A stretch of DNA of 64,000 nt from the human T2T-CHM13v2.0 reference genome, Homo sapiens. Under the pieces are notes generated by a model that saw only the letters and a program-made list of their open reading frames with translations, was not told where the DNA came from and made no database searches. The stretch lies in NCBI RefSeq assembly GCF_009914755.1, contig NC_060937.1; one strand, 5' to 3'. Shown piece after piece: positions 32,164 to 47,583 of the stretch (the stretch's first letter is position 1; every line of letters begins with the position of its first letter). A program made the translations under genes and the position numbers.

Positions 32164-33016
32164 ATAATATGGAAAATAGGCTGACACCTATACAACCAAC
32201 TAGAGTCCTAATTTAGGAGATGTGATATCGTAGAGACTGTAATAGTCCAATGTACTGTAGAGGCATGTTATAACAGACAAAAACAAAGTGTGGAGAGAAC
32301 AGTTAATTTGGAATGGGAAGAGAAAGGTTTCATTGAAAAAGTGCGAAGAATGTATCGGAAGGATAAACACAAACTTAATAGGTGAAGGAGGTATTGGAGG
32401 GATGGTCAGCAGGGGTCAGTCAGTATTCAAGGGGGAGGAAGAAACAGCCAACATTTTTAAAGAAACATTTTTAAAGAAACTACTGGTATGCCGGGCAGCG
32501 TGCCCTACACTGGACAGGAAGGTGCATAAGATGCAATACCTAAGATACTCAAAGTCTCACAGAAGACAAGCACACGGAGCCGTGAAGGTCTATTGGGTGT
32601 AGGAAGCAGATAAGTCATCCTGGGAGGAAGATGTGGTTAGAAGGTCCATTTTGGGGTGAGATTGTGAAGAGTGGTGTGTTTGGACTTTGTTCCATGGAAA
32701 ACATGAAACATCCAGACTGTTAAGCAGAGGAGTGACAAAGAAAGTCATGGAAACTTAAGGTACAACCCAATCGCCTTAATTTATAAATTGGGAAAGTGAC
32801 ACTCACAGAGGTTGATTGCCTTAAATGTATATAACTTGACAGTGGCAATGCCACAGCCAGAAACCAGGTTGATCATATCTGTATTTTTGGATAATTTAGA
32901 GATATTATTCTGGGTGCAGGGTAGAGGACAAATTAGGAAGAAGGGGGCTGAAGGTGTCCAGGTAGTAAGCAACAGCTAAGAGGCTGCTGAATGGTCCAAA
33001 TGAAGAAATGATGAGC

Positions 33017-33095
33017 TCTATCTATCTATCTGTCTATCTATCTATCATCTATCTATCATCAATCATCTACCAATCATCTATCTATCCATCTATAT
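33017..33095. repeat. (TCTA/TCA)n compound tetranucleotide repeat
   Basis: Read directly from the sequence. Confidence 0.9.
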
Positions 33096-33532
33096 CTTCA
33101 ATATTAACTGATTTTTTGCATCATTTTGATGCCTTTTATTAGTTTCCAAACAATGTACTTTACAATCAGAATTATTACTCATATTCGTTTCATACAATTC
33201 TGATGCTTTTTATCACACTTTAGGGATCAGAAATAAGATGTAATTCCCTGCTTCCTGCCTGCATGTGCTAAGGAGGTATCCTGTAAAAATGGAAGGCATT
33301 TTGCCCTAACTCATTTGCCCTAACTCATTTGTCATGCAAGAATGAACTACTGTTGGGTTAAATTAATTGTAGATAGATTGTGGCCATATAGTTAAAGGCA
33401 ACTAAATGCAATTTATAATGCTTAATAAAAATCTCATTTTGGGAGTGTTTAAAAGAAAATGATGCAAACCTATACTTGAACTGTGGCTGTGGGAATATAC
33501 AAATTGGAGAAGTGGTAGCACTGGAAGCAGAC

Positions 33533-33923
33533 TGTATTAATTTGCTAGAGCTTCCTTAACAAGATACCACAGACCAGGTGGCTTAAACAACAGAAATTTA
33601 TTTTCTCACAGTTCTGGAGGCTAGAAGTCCGAGATCAAGGTCTCAGCAGGGTTGGTTTCTTCTGAGGCCTCTCTCCTTGGCTTGCAGGTAGCAGCCCTCT
33701 TGCTGCTGCTTCTTCATGTGCTCATCCCTCGGTGCACAGCATGCCCCTCATAGCTCTTCCTTTTCTTATTAGGACACCAGTCACATTCTTTAGGGTCCAC
33801 CCTAATGGGCTCATTTTAACTTAGTCACTTCTTCAAAGACTTTGTCTCCAAATACAGTTAACTTCTGAGATAAGGGTTAGGACTTTAACAAATGAATTTG
33901 GGGGGCACGATTCAGCCCATACT
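33533..33923 (-). mobile_element. MLT1B/C MaLR LTR
   Basis: ggtggcttaaacaacagaaatttattttctcacagttctggaggctagaagtccgagatcaagg..attcagcccata. Confidence 0.88.
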
Positions 33924-34221
33924 ACTTCTCTACAAAGAACTGGTAAGATGGAAATGACGGCCACAGATATCTTGCATTATATAGTACTTCACAGTTTATA
34001 CAGCAATTTTCATGTTTATCTCATTTGAGTAGACTTTTGTTATTTGACTCAGTTTTCTTGGATATAGAATTCTGCTGCCAGTTAAGAGTTTATATAGGAT
34101 GCACAATGGGAAATGCTCAAGTTATAGTCCAGGAGTCTTCAGGTCTCAGCTATCCTTCAGATTCAGTTTATTTTAAAGCGTTTACATAAACAGACAAACG
34201 TTTAAAAAAAAGTGTGATTTA

Positions 34222-34617
<396 letters not shown>

Positions 34618-36421
34618 CTAACTAGGGCTTGGAGGATCCAAGACAGCCAATTCACACGACTGTTGGCAGGAGGCCTTGGCCTCTCACTACATGAACTCCT
34701 CAGGGTGGCTTGAAATGTTTTCATGACCTAGCATCTGAGCATTCCCCAGAATGAATATTCCAAGAAACAAGCCACCACCTACACTCTCAAGCCACATACT
34801 TTTGCCTTTACCACATTCCACTCATTAGAAGTTGGTCAAGTTCAGTCCACATTCAAGGAGAGGGGCCCATAATTTTATACACACACATATACACTCTGTG
34901 TTAGCATCAGGAGAAAATCCTGACCTAGAAATCCTACCCTGCATTAAAATTTGTCTGTGATACAGAAGGGTTTGAGAAGCATTAGAGGATTTCCTTAGTC
35001 AAAATACTGTCCTATTCCTCTTGCTACTAAACAATGAGACATTTTCCTACCCTATACTCTAAACGATGCTCTCAGCTCCTGACAAGGAAACGAACACACA
35101 TTTGACATGTCTCTGAGCTATCGTATGTCAGCTTTCTGTTTAAATCCTAGGATTCTCTACCACCTGCTTACTTGGTAGATGAGGAAGCCAAAGTACAATG
35201 GCTTGCTCAGGGTCATTCTGCCAGTTTGTGGCAGAGTTAGAATCAGAACTTGTTCTGGGTTCTGGACTATTTAGTTTTATGAAGTTGGCATCAACAGGCC
35301 TTAACGGGTACCATTATTTCTCCTTACTTATGTTTCTCCTGAAGTTATGGAAAACACTATTGGTTGGTTGGCAAAGCTAACACCTATAACCCAACCCTCA
35401 TCCTTTCTGGTCATTTCTAGTAAGGGGGCTAGAAAAGTGAAATGCTCAATATGCCAGTCTCCTTTGCTTTTAGAGGTAGCCACGTGATATATTTATTGTA
35501 AAGGAAATGTGACTAAAGAGAGAATATGATTCCTACCTACCAGGATAACATCAAATAACCTTTATTTTGTAAATCACATTTATGTGTTTGGTTTATATTG
35601 ATACCATAATCCCAAGTATTAATCCATTATAGGTGTTCACCTAAGAATGCATCCCGATGGAACTATCCAAGCTGAGGATTAAAGTGACTTTTGGATTGAA
35701 TTTTAGCTTGGAAAGAAATTTAGTAGGGACATGCTGCATAAATCTGTTTTTCTTCTATAAATTGTATAAAAGCAACAAAAAGACTGTAAAAATCTCCATA
35801 AAGTTTATTTCCAGTGAATCTAGGAGATAAGATATAATCTTCAGATGTCAAAATAGACATAAGGGCTGCCAGAACAGCTGAGATTTAGCAGAAGTAGTGT
35901 CAGGAGACAGTGAAAGGAGGAAGTGCAGTAAGAGTTGAGAGGGACCAGGCAGTAGCAAATCTCAGCAAAAAATACCGCTTTTGAATGTGAGGGTTCCCCT
36001 TGAAAGGCAAAAGCTATGTCCCTTGTTTGGAACAATCAGTTAGGAGCAGAGAAGAGCGAGATTGGCTGTGAAGGTCCTCCTGGACCTGGTTTGGTTCAGG
36101 GGAGGAGAGGAGGAAGGGCCACCTACACAAGCAATCACAAGGAGCCCTATTTACATGAGCCAGCATGCTTCTATGACATCAGCAGAAAAGATGAAGCATG
36201 TGTGTGACGTCTGGAAGGCTACCATGGCTGATTTCCTGCAAACAATGGTATATTACAAGTCATTCAGTATTGAGTAAGAAAAAGGAACTGCCGTAAGACT
36301 GATACAAAGATACTATATTAAAAAAACTAGAGAAATTAGCAAAAATTAACAGATAATATTCACCATCTGAAAAATTTTGCAGAACAGATGGATATCATTC
36401 TGCAACATTTCACCATGAATA

Positions 36422-36716
36422 GGCTGGGCATGGTGGCTCACACCTGTAATCCTAACATTTTGGGAGGACGAGTCAAGGATTGCTTGAGGTCAGGAGTTTG
36501 AGACCAGCCTGGGCAACATAGGGAGACCTTGTTGGCACAAAAGAGTTAAAATAAAAAATTAGCTGGGTGTGGTGGCATGTGCCTGTGTTCCCAGCTACCT
36601 GGAAAGCTGAAGTGGGAAGACTCCTGAACCTGGGAGGTGGAGGTTGTAGTGAATCATGATTATGCCACTGCACTCCAGCCTGGGCAACAGAGACATCATC
36701 TCAAGAAAAAAAAAAA
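36422..36716 (+). mobile_element. AluJ within old L1M-derived sequence (about 36250-38370)
   Basis: Alu dimer. The flanks are A-rich L1-like sequence whose strand bias switches at about 37860. Confidence 0.85.
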
Positions 36717-38417
36717 TTCAACATGAATATTAAAATCTAGTGATTCAACTGCCTCCATGAAGAAAGTCCACAAAACAAGAAACAAGAAGGAAGAGATGAT
36801 GAAATCACAGAAAGAAAAAATATGAGCTTAGGAAAGGAGTTATACAAAAAGAAAAATACACACTGTGGGAAACCAAATGAGTACAGGTAATAAAATGGAG
36901 AAATGCAATGAAATGGAAGTAAAGAAAAAAGTTAAACTGTTCTGGTAATGGGAGATGAGATAATTCAGAACAACTTCACACTAAGAACTGGAGAAGCTGG
37001 ACAAAACATTTATTTTAAAAATTCTGCTTGAACACTGAAAAGCCAGTAAGATGATGAAAAAATCTTGGGCCAAAATTCAGGAGATAGATATGCAGGGGTG
37101 AACCTGACATTTGGGGTCAATTTTGCCCAGATGCCATTTAAAAATCTGGAAAACAGACTGAGGAACCAATCATAAGTTATGATGTCCTCTTGGGGAAGGC
37201 AGAAAACACTGGCACATGGGATCCACCAAGAATGGAGGCTCTTATGAACCCTTGTACTTTGGATCTAGACCTCAAAGTCTGAACCCTGGGAATGACAGTG
37301 AGCTACAAGTGCCCATGCATATACTGCAGCCAAGATGCGAGTCATCTGGGGATTCAGATCATCTTAGTTCCTAAAACAGGATTAAGATGTTTTCAGTCTG
37401 ACAGTGACCCCAGAAGCAAAAAAAACTTGTGTCTGGACAACAGCATCTTAGACCTCCACTTTTTTTCTACAAACAACTTTGCAAACACGATTTCGGCATA
37501 TAGTGAAAGATAACCAGACCTAAGAGTAGGGAAGAAAACATGAAAAAGAGCCAACAGAAACAACACACAATAGAAACAGATTCTGAATTGGCATTAAATA
37601 TTGGAATTGTCACACATACACACGGAAGTTAATTAACAAGTCTAAAACATGGATATTTTGAGCAATAATGAGTTATAACCCATGAAATAAAATAGGAATC
37701 TATGAGTTTATACTGACATAAATAAGTGAATAAAGGAGAAATAAATGGATAAGGGAATTCCAGTAAGTGTAGAAAAAACAGTGGAATTAGAAAACCGGCA
37801 TTTGGCAAGCATTACAGCAATACATATGAAATACATAGGGATAACTGATTAACATTAACATCGTTTTCTCTTGATGTTTACATGGTGTCTTTTTTCTATC
37901 CTTTTACTTTTAAAGCTCCCTATGTTTTAGGTCAGTCTCATAAGCAACATGTAGTTGTTTTTCTGTGGTTTGATAATCTTTGTCTTTTAATTGGATACTG
38001 AATGTTTTCATTTAACATAATTTGTGAATACATTTGGGCTTACATCCGTGTGTTTTCTATTTGTCTCACCTGTTCTAAATTGCTTTTTCTCTTCTGCTTG
38101 CCTGTTTTGACGTGATTGAATGCCTTTTATCCTTTTATTATTACTTATTACTTTTGCTTTCAAATGAAATTCCAACTTCATACATAGCCTACATATTCTA
38201 AACTTCAATTATCTGAGCACCAGTAATTTCTGTCCTATTTCCACACTGACTACTTAATTTGTTTAGTTATTAACATTTATTCCAAAAAGAAATGTTATAT
38301 TGCCACAGTAAACTAAAACAATCAGTACCACTTGCCATGCAAAGTAACTAGAACATACAGAACTTGTTTTATACTCTACTGTGGGAAACACTTCCATATT
38401 CCACAAGGCTTTGCCAA

Positions 38418-38632
38418 GATATATACCTACACCACCCCAAATGGTAGCCATTAGCCACATACAGCTATTTAAAAGTAATGACAAAATTTTAAAACTCAGT
38501 TTCTCAGTCACACTGGCTATATTTCAAGTGTTTAATACAAGCCACATGAAGCTTGTATTGGCCATTTTTTGGGGGGCAGCATTTACAGAACACTTCCATC
38601 ATTGTAGAATATTCTGTTGAACAGCACTGTTC
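38418..38632. mobile_element. MER3
   Basis: atggtagccattagccaca..ctcagtcacact..atttcaagtg..agaacacttccatcattgtagaa..gttgaacagcactg. Confidence 0.75.
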
Positions 38633-38994
38633 TAGACCTTCTCTCTAGCAACCCCCATCCCCTCCACCCAGTGGTGAGCCATAGTAGTATTTTCGTCTTG
38701 GAATTCACCAAAGCTCTTTTCCTAGGCCTTTGCATATCCCCATCCCTCTGCCTGAAATACTCCTTCCCCTTTTGCTCTTTGCTAGCTTCTTTTCATTTTT
38801 TAGGACTCATCTCATACGTAAGACCTTCTTGATAATCTGAAGTAGTACCCAACTCCCAATCGCTACACTTATTTCTCATCTCAGTCATTTGGTTTTTTCT
38901 TTAATTGCAATCACTGCAATTTACATTTTATTCATGTCTATTTACTTCCCATCTTTACCTAAGCTACTCCAATTGTACTTCTATCACAGTATAA

Positions 38995-39763
<769 letters not shown>

Positions 39764-39863
39764 TTATTTAATAAAAATATTTCACCATTTAAACTTGGAT
39801 TCCCCAGAGTGTCATTCAAAATACTGAAATGGAAAGATCAACAAAATTAATGAATAAAGAAAG

Positions 39864-39869
39864 TTTATT
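39864..39869 (-). terminator. Candidate distal poly(A) signal AATAAA
   Basis: Last minus-strand AATAAA before the Alu cluster, followed by U-rich CTTTCTTTATTCATTAATTTTGTTG. Confidence 0.6.
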
Positions 39870-41844
39870 GGAGATTATTAAAGAAAAATGATAAAATAAG
39901 GCAAGTCCTAGATCAGATTTAAATACAATATTTAGAAAGATGGCTATATAATTTTAGCTAGGAAAATCAGTAAAAGGGAATATCCTTAAAAGTGGGAGGG
40001 GTTCATATAACCTTTTAAAATAGCAAGTTGAGGTGTAAAAGCATCACCAACAATAGTATGTACCTTAATCTTTACACAATTGGACAGTGAGGAGCAAAGT
40101 GGGAGATTCTACCAATGCCACTTACAGAACAGATTTTCAAGTTAATAAGTCATAAAATCCTAATGTAGTCATAGGCTAGGATGGTGACGACAATCTGCAA
40201 TTACTGGTCAGAGTGAAGCGAAGTGACAGGTCAGATTTTTCAGCATATCAAGTTACTACTTAGGTATGCTTACAAAACTTTGTTAAATAAAGTTGGGTAT
40301 TGTTAGTATACCCTTTACTAAATGGTGAGGATAGCTGCCAAAATAATCAAAAGGCTAATTATGTGTTAACTCTCATTTATTTTGGATTGCAGACATACTC
40401 TTGCCCTTTATCTATCTACACAATTCCTTATTACCAGCAGCTGGAATCCAGTTGTGCAATTATGGCAACTGGACAGACCTGAGCCGTCAGTTATGAGATA
40501 GATGACCTTTTAATTGTACTAGCAAACAATTTATAGACTGGAAGATTGTTTTTCGGGAATACCAGTTTAACTGAGACTTTAATTATGGTCCAAGAGCTTT
40601 TATGAGAAATTCAATCAAAAATTTTGCTTTAGAAAAATTTTATAGGTATATGTTACTAATACTGAGAATGGTTGAATTAAAAGAAATTGAGACTGAACAG
40701 TACATTTCCACTGGAAACATAAAGCTCTGAATGCTGTGACTGAGTGAACAAAGGAATAGTTCTAAATTTTCTTTTGCAACATACATAACAAAAAGATTTC
40801 AAACTGAAAGACAACAGGTTTAACTGAATGACAGATTTAACTACATAGTTTTCATTCTATAAATAAATAACTTGTGAAATATCCCTGAAGTCAGTGGACA
40901 AATGGGGAAACCATTATTTTTGTCATATTCTACAATTCTGAGAACTAGGATTAGAAATTCTAGGACTTTAAATCTTTGTGCTACAGAGAACAATATTATC
41001 CACTAAAATCAGGAAGTGGCTTCCTGAAGGGTATTCATTCTCTGAGGTCATACATTTTTTTTTTCTTTATTCAAAACACTTAGTAAAGGAAAAGGACACA
41101 AGGAAATTCTGATTAAAGTCTTCTCCTGCTCTGTTTGCAATTATACATGCTTTCAAAGTCATTTGAAAGTAAGACCATTTCCTTTGGCAGGTATCTTGTA
41201 TAAAGTAACTTTACAACATATGTTTCTTGAACAGAAACTTTACACCACTGTCATTATGTTACCTATAGAGACAAAACTACTAACACAAGTAATATGGGCT
41301 TACAATTATAACACAAACCTGTGAGAGGGCATGATAAAATTAAATTTTGATTGCCTTCTTTTATTATTATCACTACTACTGTCTGCTCACAAATTCTGTG
41401 GCCAGAGTCCATTTCAAATCCTTCTAAGAGTCCACTTCATGAGTTAAACATATACATATAGAACAAAGCAGGTATACTGTAATTTTTAAAAGTAAATCTG
41501 TTTTACATAGTACAGCTGGAGGCAGTTTAATATAATCAAAAGTTATAGCTCTAAAAAATATGATAGTAGAATATTAAACCTCAGGTTACGTTAGGTTTGT
41601 TAACTCTTGATTTGCTTTGAGTAATTTTTTTCTTCAAAAGCCACATTCCAAGAAGATGCCTTAAGTATCAATGAGCTATATTTGAAGTACATCAACTCTG
41701 TTTAAAGCTGTCCAACAATAAGGACACAAGCAGTAAAATATCTGAAGCATGAAACATGTAATGTTGATGACTAATGTTCTAGATCATCAGGAATAAGATT
41801 AACGAAGAGCAAAGTAAATCTAAAACAAGGAAAGGGAAGATACA

Positions 41845-41850
41845 TTTATT
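41845..41850 (-). terminator. Candidate proximal poly(A) signal AATAAA
   Basis: AATAAA on the minus strand with U-rich upstream sequence and a pyrimidine/GU-rich downstream tract. Confidence 0.6.
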
Positions 41851-42508
41851 AAAAATAAAAATAGTACACAATCTCTGATAACAAAAAAAGCATTTAGGGT
41901 CAAAAGACATCCAACATACATTGTAACAATGCACACATATTAATTAAAAAAAAGACCCATGAAATAATTTTTAAAAAACTTTCAAAAGGAAAAAACTATT
42001 TTGGCTTCCTGCTGCTGAAATTCGCCTATAAACATACCACGCCAGCTAGACCAGCATTCCCTTTCACGTGGTCTGTACAACATAGTACTGCACAATGTGA
42101 GCAATTACTTTGATGAACACATTGTTTTTGAATAAAATTGTTGGTTCTGTATGGATGATCCAGACATAAATCCATGGTTCCATTTCACAAAAATATTCAT
42201 AGGCTGGAAGAGCAGTGACAACCATTTTCCAAAATCTTCAGTTTTAACAAAAGGCGCAGAATAAACTACTAAATCTAGATGTTTTCACATTATTTTGCAT
42301 GAGTGTCAAATACTATGTAAAAATTAACGTAAAATCTTAAGTTGGCCAAAACTAGTGTCTCTAAAGATCAAAATTCTTCACTCTTTTAGCATGGCTGATA
42401 AATCTTTTCTGCCTTTGTCACTAATGCTTGTCAAACCAAAGAACTTTGCAAAAGAATATGCACTGCTGAAGGAAGACAGTACCAAAAATACCATATTGAA
42501 CTTCGGTC

Positions 42509-42679
42509 TTAAGACACACACAGTTCCTGTTGGATACTGGACTGTGAAAGTTTATTATCTTCAGTCTTTTCATGTCCTGGAGCATGGCAAGTAGTCTTCC
42601 GCTTAAATAACCGAAGACTCAATCGAAGTAATTCATTGTCTACCATTGGAGCACTCGTGTAAGCTTGTTTTATGGTGCC
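42509..42679 (-). CDS. ZC3H13: ZC3H13 terminal exon, coding part (56 aa + TAA)
   Basis: Acceptor ttcttcaaatAG|GGC (phase 0). Hand translation GTIKQAYTSAPMVDNELLRLSLRLFKRKTTCHAPGHEKTEDNKLSQSSIQQELCVS; stop at 42509-42511. Confidence 0.93.
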   Translation of the reverse strand, partial: GTIKQAYTSAPMVDNELLRLSLRLFKRKTTCHAPGHEKTEDNKLSQSSIQQELCVS

Positions 42680-43777
42680 CTATTTGAAGAAAACAAAAAC
42701 AAACTTTAAAAAAGATGTACATTATTAGTAGGAAAGATGGGCAGGTTAACCTCTACCCAAAATATCAAAGTTATAAGAGTATTTCATTTTGGATATTAAA
42801 TTAGCTTTATTGGATTTCAAAGCAAAATTAGAAAATGTGTTTGGGCTCAATGAATCTTTGAAAAGAAACTTTTAGAGGGCACCTAGTTTAACCTCTTGCT
42901 TAAAGTAGGAATCCTCTCAACAATTTCTGACAGGTAATCAACCGGTTTTTACTTTATCATTTCCAATGACAAAACAAACAAAAAACACACTGCACGTTCT
43001 GTTGTTGAATGGCACTATTTCTTCCATGTGATGGAATAAAAGCTCTTCTATGGTGCTACACTGTAATTCAATCTTACCTTTACTTGACAATCCTTCAGTT
43101 CTATGAAGGTAAGTGCCATGAGTTCCTTCCTCACATAGTTTTTCCTTCTGTAAGCCAAACATTCTATTCTATACTCCTTACCAATCTTTCAATGTCCCAT
43201 AAAAAGTGAGCTCGAAAACTGAATAAATCCTTTAGAAGACAGCTAATCATGCAGTATGCTGAAGAACTACTACCTCCCTTATACTAAAATATGTATCTAT
43301 ATTATTGTGACTTAAAGTTACATTAGCATTTTTTGGAAAGTTATTGTCATAGAGAAGGGACCAGGGAATGTTACAAAATACAAAACAAAGAAAAGTGCAT
43401 ACTGAAATCAGGGAGCAAAGGAGAATGACTGTAGTGATTCTGTCAAAAGTAATCTTGAACCAGACTTTTAAGTGAGGAAAACTTGATTATACAGTCAAGA
43501 CATGTTTTAAAAATCTCCTGTTCCTCGTATTTGTTTCCATTTTAATCTTTGGAGATAAACTCATTCTTCTGTTTTTTAAAAATTGAATCCCCCCTACCCA
43601 CTACCCTAAATCTGAGTATTTTTCTTTAATGAAGTAATCTTTTCTTTAGCAATGTTATATAGTCAAAGATAATTCTGTTTTCCTAACTGCCCCAAGTAAA
43701 AAGCTAGTGAAGTTAACCATTTTATCATTACTCTAAACTTTCTAAGCAAAGAATCACACCAACTCTCTTTTGTCATC

Positions 43778-43985
43778 CAGGTTGAGTAGTCCTCAACTGA
43801 AATGCTTTGGACCAGAAATGTTTCAGATTTGGAAATTTTTTTGGATTCTGGAATATTTGCATTACATTTACTTACCCAGTTGAGCATCCCTATCTAAGAA
43901 TCCAAAATCTGAAATTCTCCAAAGAGCATTTCCTTTGAGGGTCATGTCGATGCTCAAAAGCTTCGGATTAGGAATACTCAGTCTG
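43778..43985. mobile_element. Tigger4a/MER46A MITE
   Basis: TIRs caggttgagta...tactcagtctg followed by TA, with an internal TIR copy cagttgagcatccct. Confidence 0.85.
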
Positions 43986-44030
43986 TACTACCTATACCCA
44001 TCCACTCACCACCCCAAATAAAAATCCCAG

Positions 44031-44403
<373 letters not shown>

Positions 44404-44866
44404 TAACAGATCTCTTCCAAATCTAATTTCTATTCCTCTTACTTCTCAATCTCTTTATTCCTCTCAAATGCTTATATAGAGTCGCTTTATTTCCCTTTCT
44501 TCCAACTTTGTATATTCTCATAAATACTACTCTCATAAATATCCTCATCACTCTAAGAAATTTTTTTCCTTGAGTTTCAATTTAAATAAATTTTTGTAAT
44601 ACGTTTGCTTGTTGAAAGCTTTTCACAAAAAACGTTTAACAGAAATGGAATATTTTAAACTTTATTAAAACAAAATTCATTAATACTGTTGAAGTAAAAT
44701 AAAGCATATTATACATTTTAATGGCATTCTTCTTTTTACATGTATAAAAGATTAGGAAACCAAACTCATAAAAACATAAGATTGCAATCTCAATTTAAAA
44801 CAACCAAATGAAAAATAGGCCATTCACACTATTCACTTTGTATTTTTTCCAAGGAAATAACAGTAC

Positions 44867-45030
44867 CTTCTCATTTTTAACAAGCTGCTTTCGAATTGCA
44901 GAATCCCGTCTGAAGCACAACGCCTTACAACATGGGCCAAGATTACTAAGAAGACTTGCTCTTTCTTCTTTTCGTAGTAATGCAGCCATATTGAGAGCCC
45001 CCAATTCATGTTCAAAGAGATTGTCTGCAT
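44867..45030 (-). CDS. ZC3H13: ZC3H13 penultimate coding exon (164 bp)
   Basis: T-rich tract then gaaAG|AT GCA, and donor GAG AAG|GTACTG. Encodes DADNLFEHELGALNMAALLRKEERASLLSNLGPCCKALCFRRDSAIRKQLVKNEK. Confidence 0.93.
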
Positions 45031-45266
45031 CTTTCAAAAAAAAGTAAACATGCATTAAGTTTTACTAAAATAGAAAAGGGTTACCAACTACTTAACTGAA
45101 TATTCTACAAATTTTATACTTTATTAAAGTTAGCAACATTGGTGAAAATTATTTCACATTAAAGGCAATATATTCTCTGTGAAGCACCTTCAACACGTAG
45201 TTATGTTGGTAGTCTCAAACAAGAATAAATATTCTGATAGCCACTTTAAATTTACTTAAAATATAA

Positions 45267-45713
<447 letters not shown>

Positions 45714-46883
45714 TAATTCAGTATACTGCTTACCATCAACTACTATTTAGAGTTTTAGATTTCAAGACTTTATTATAGCAAGATTCAAATGTTATAACAA
45801 TATTCAAGTCTGTGACCTCTAAAAAAATTAGTTAAGAAAGTGATTGTTAGATAACCTGCAAACTTTGTCCTAGATTTGGTCACCATAAAAACCTGGGACA
45901 ATGTATTAAATTTAAATCACTTAGTTTTAAGTCACAACATGCAAGGTAGGGGAGAAAACACTGAACATACAAAAAAACCCCAGAAGAATTAAGGAAAGAT
46001 AGAATAAAATATAAAGAGGTTAGGTTAAAAATAGACACAAAGGAAGTCAAAATAACAGAACAGGACCAGTCAGTAATCCAAATAAATAAGAGTCGGTCAA
46101 GAGTACGAAAGACAGCAGGTACTGCCTCTATTCATACAACACGCTCAAGCAGGTTACTTTTACAACCCACAAAGAAAAGCAGTAAACGCCTGGGTAAAAA
46201 TAAAAGACACATTTTACTGAGAACAAAATGAAGCTGCAATACATAGCCGATTTCAATTTTCTGGGCTGCAAAGTGTAAGTATTGAGATTAGATAGTTAAC
46301 AAGAAACCAGTCTTAAATAACACACCTAGTCAATAGATGTGTAACATAAGAAAGGTGTAAATATATAGAAAAGCCCGAAACTAGTTCTCAAACACTGGAG
46401 TCTATCAGGATCAGCTGAGGAGCTTTTTAAAAAACATTCCCTGGGCTCTATCACCAGATTTGCAGAATGAGAATCACCATAGTTGGACTAGAATACCTTA
46501 AGGGAAAAAAGGGGCAGTTTTTTCAGATGATTCAGATATACCAATGTTTGTACCAACCAATGATATAGTCATATATGCACATGATTAAAAACAAAAACAA
46601 AAACATTAACTACCATTCCACTACAGATATAATATAAAAGAAATGCATTGAGCCTACACCCTTCCTTGAAAATTGTTCATTACCACACATTTCTGTTTAT
46701 TGGGATCCTTATTTTTGGCTTTCAAAATAGTAGATTACAAAACACATACCTGCAAACCTCCTCAGGGAGTATAAAACATGACTAAATTTCCAGTCTCTTT
46801 AAAGTTTTGAACTGAGCAGCACCAAATTACTCAAGAAACAGACTAAATGCATTCTTAAAAGTTTAGCTCAAAAGAACTTAACC

Positions 46884-47286
46884 AACAGAGAGTAGAATGA
46901 TGGTTAGTAGAGGCTGGGAAGGGTAGTGGGGGTGGGGAGATGTGGGGGTGGGGAGATGTGGGGGTGGGGAGTTGGGGGGATGGTTAATGGGTACAAAAAA
47001 AAAAAGAACGAATAAGACTTAGTATTTGATAATACAACAGGGTGACTATAACACCCTGTTGTAGAAACTGTTATTGTCAATAACAATTTAATTATACATT
47101 TAAAAATAACTAAAACAGTAATTGGATTGTAATACAGAGGATAAATGCTTGAGGGGATGAATACTCTATTTTCCATACATGATTATTAACCCACTGCATG
47201 ACTGTATCAAAGTATCTCATGTACCCCACAAATATATACACCCACTAAGTACCCATGAAAATTAAAAATTAAAAATTAAAAAAAAT
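46884..47286 (+). mobile_element. 5'-truncated L1MA (L1MA1-3-like) 3' end
   Basis: acagagagtagaatgatggtt..ggatggttaatgggtacaaaa..catgtacccc..A-rich tail; TSD gaacttaacc (46874-46883 and 47287-47296). Confidence 0.85.
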
Positions 47287-47583
47287 GAACTTAACCTTAG
47301 TGCAATTAGAAAACAGACAAAAGCAATTTCAATTTCAGTACACTTATAAATTTTCTGTTTTAAGCTTTAGTTGTTTCTTTTAAAAATTATATATGAAATA
47401 TGATTATGTTTTCTTTCATGTTGGTACACTTGAATAGACAAAATGGAAAAGAAAAATCAGTATCAATTATTTCATAAATATTTACTGAAAACCTACTATG
47501 TATGTCAGGCACTTTTCTGGGCAATAGCAGAAAATATAGATAGATAATTAGACCTTGGATATGGCAGTAAACAAGACAAAGTC

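Larger units (their letters stand above)
39845..42508 (-). other. ZC3H13: ZC3H13 3'UTR (long isoform; distal end approximate)
   Basis: Repeat-free AT-rich block directly after the stop, with several AATAAA hexamers, ending just before an Alu cluster. Confidence 0.7.

Noticed and set aside
42551-42556. AATAAA within the last coding exon
   Set aside because: Encodes Asn-Lys; cleavage at canonical spacing would precede the stop codon, so it is most likely incidental.
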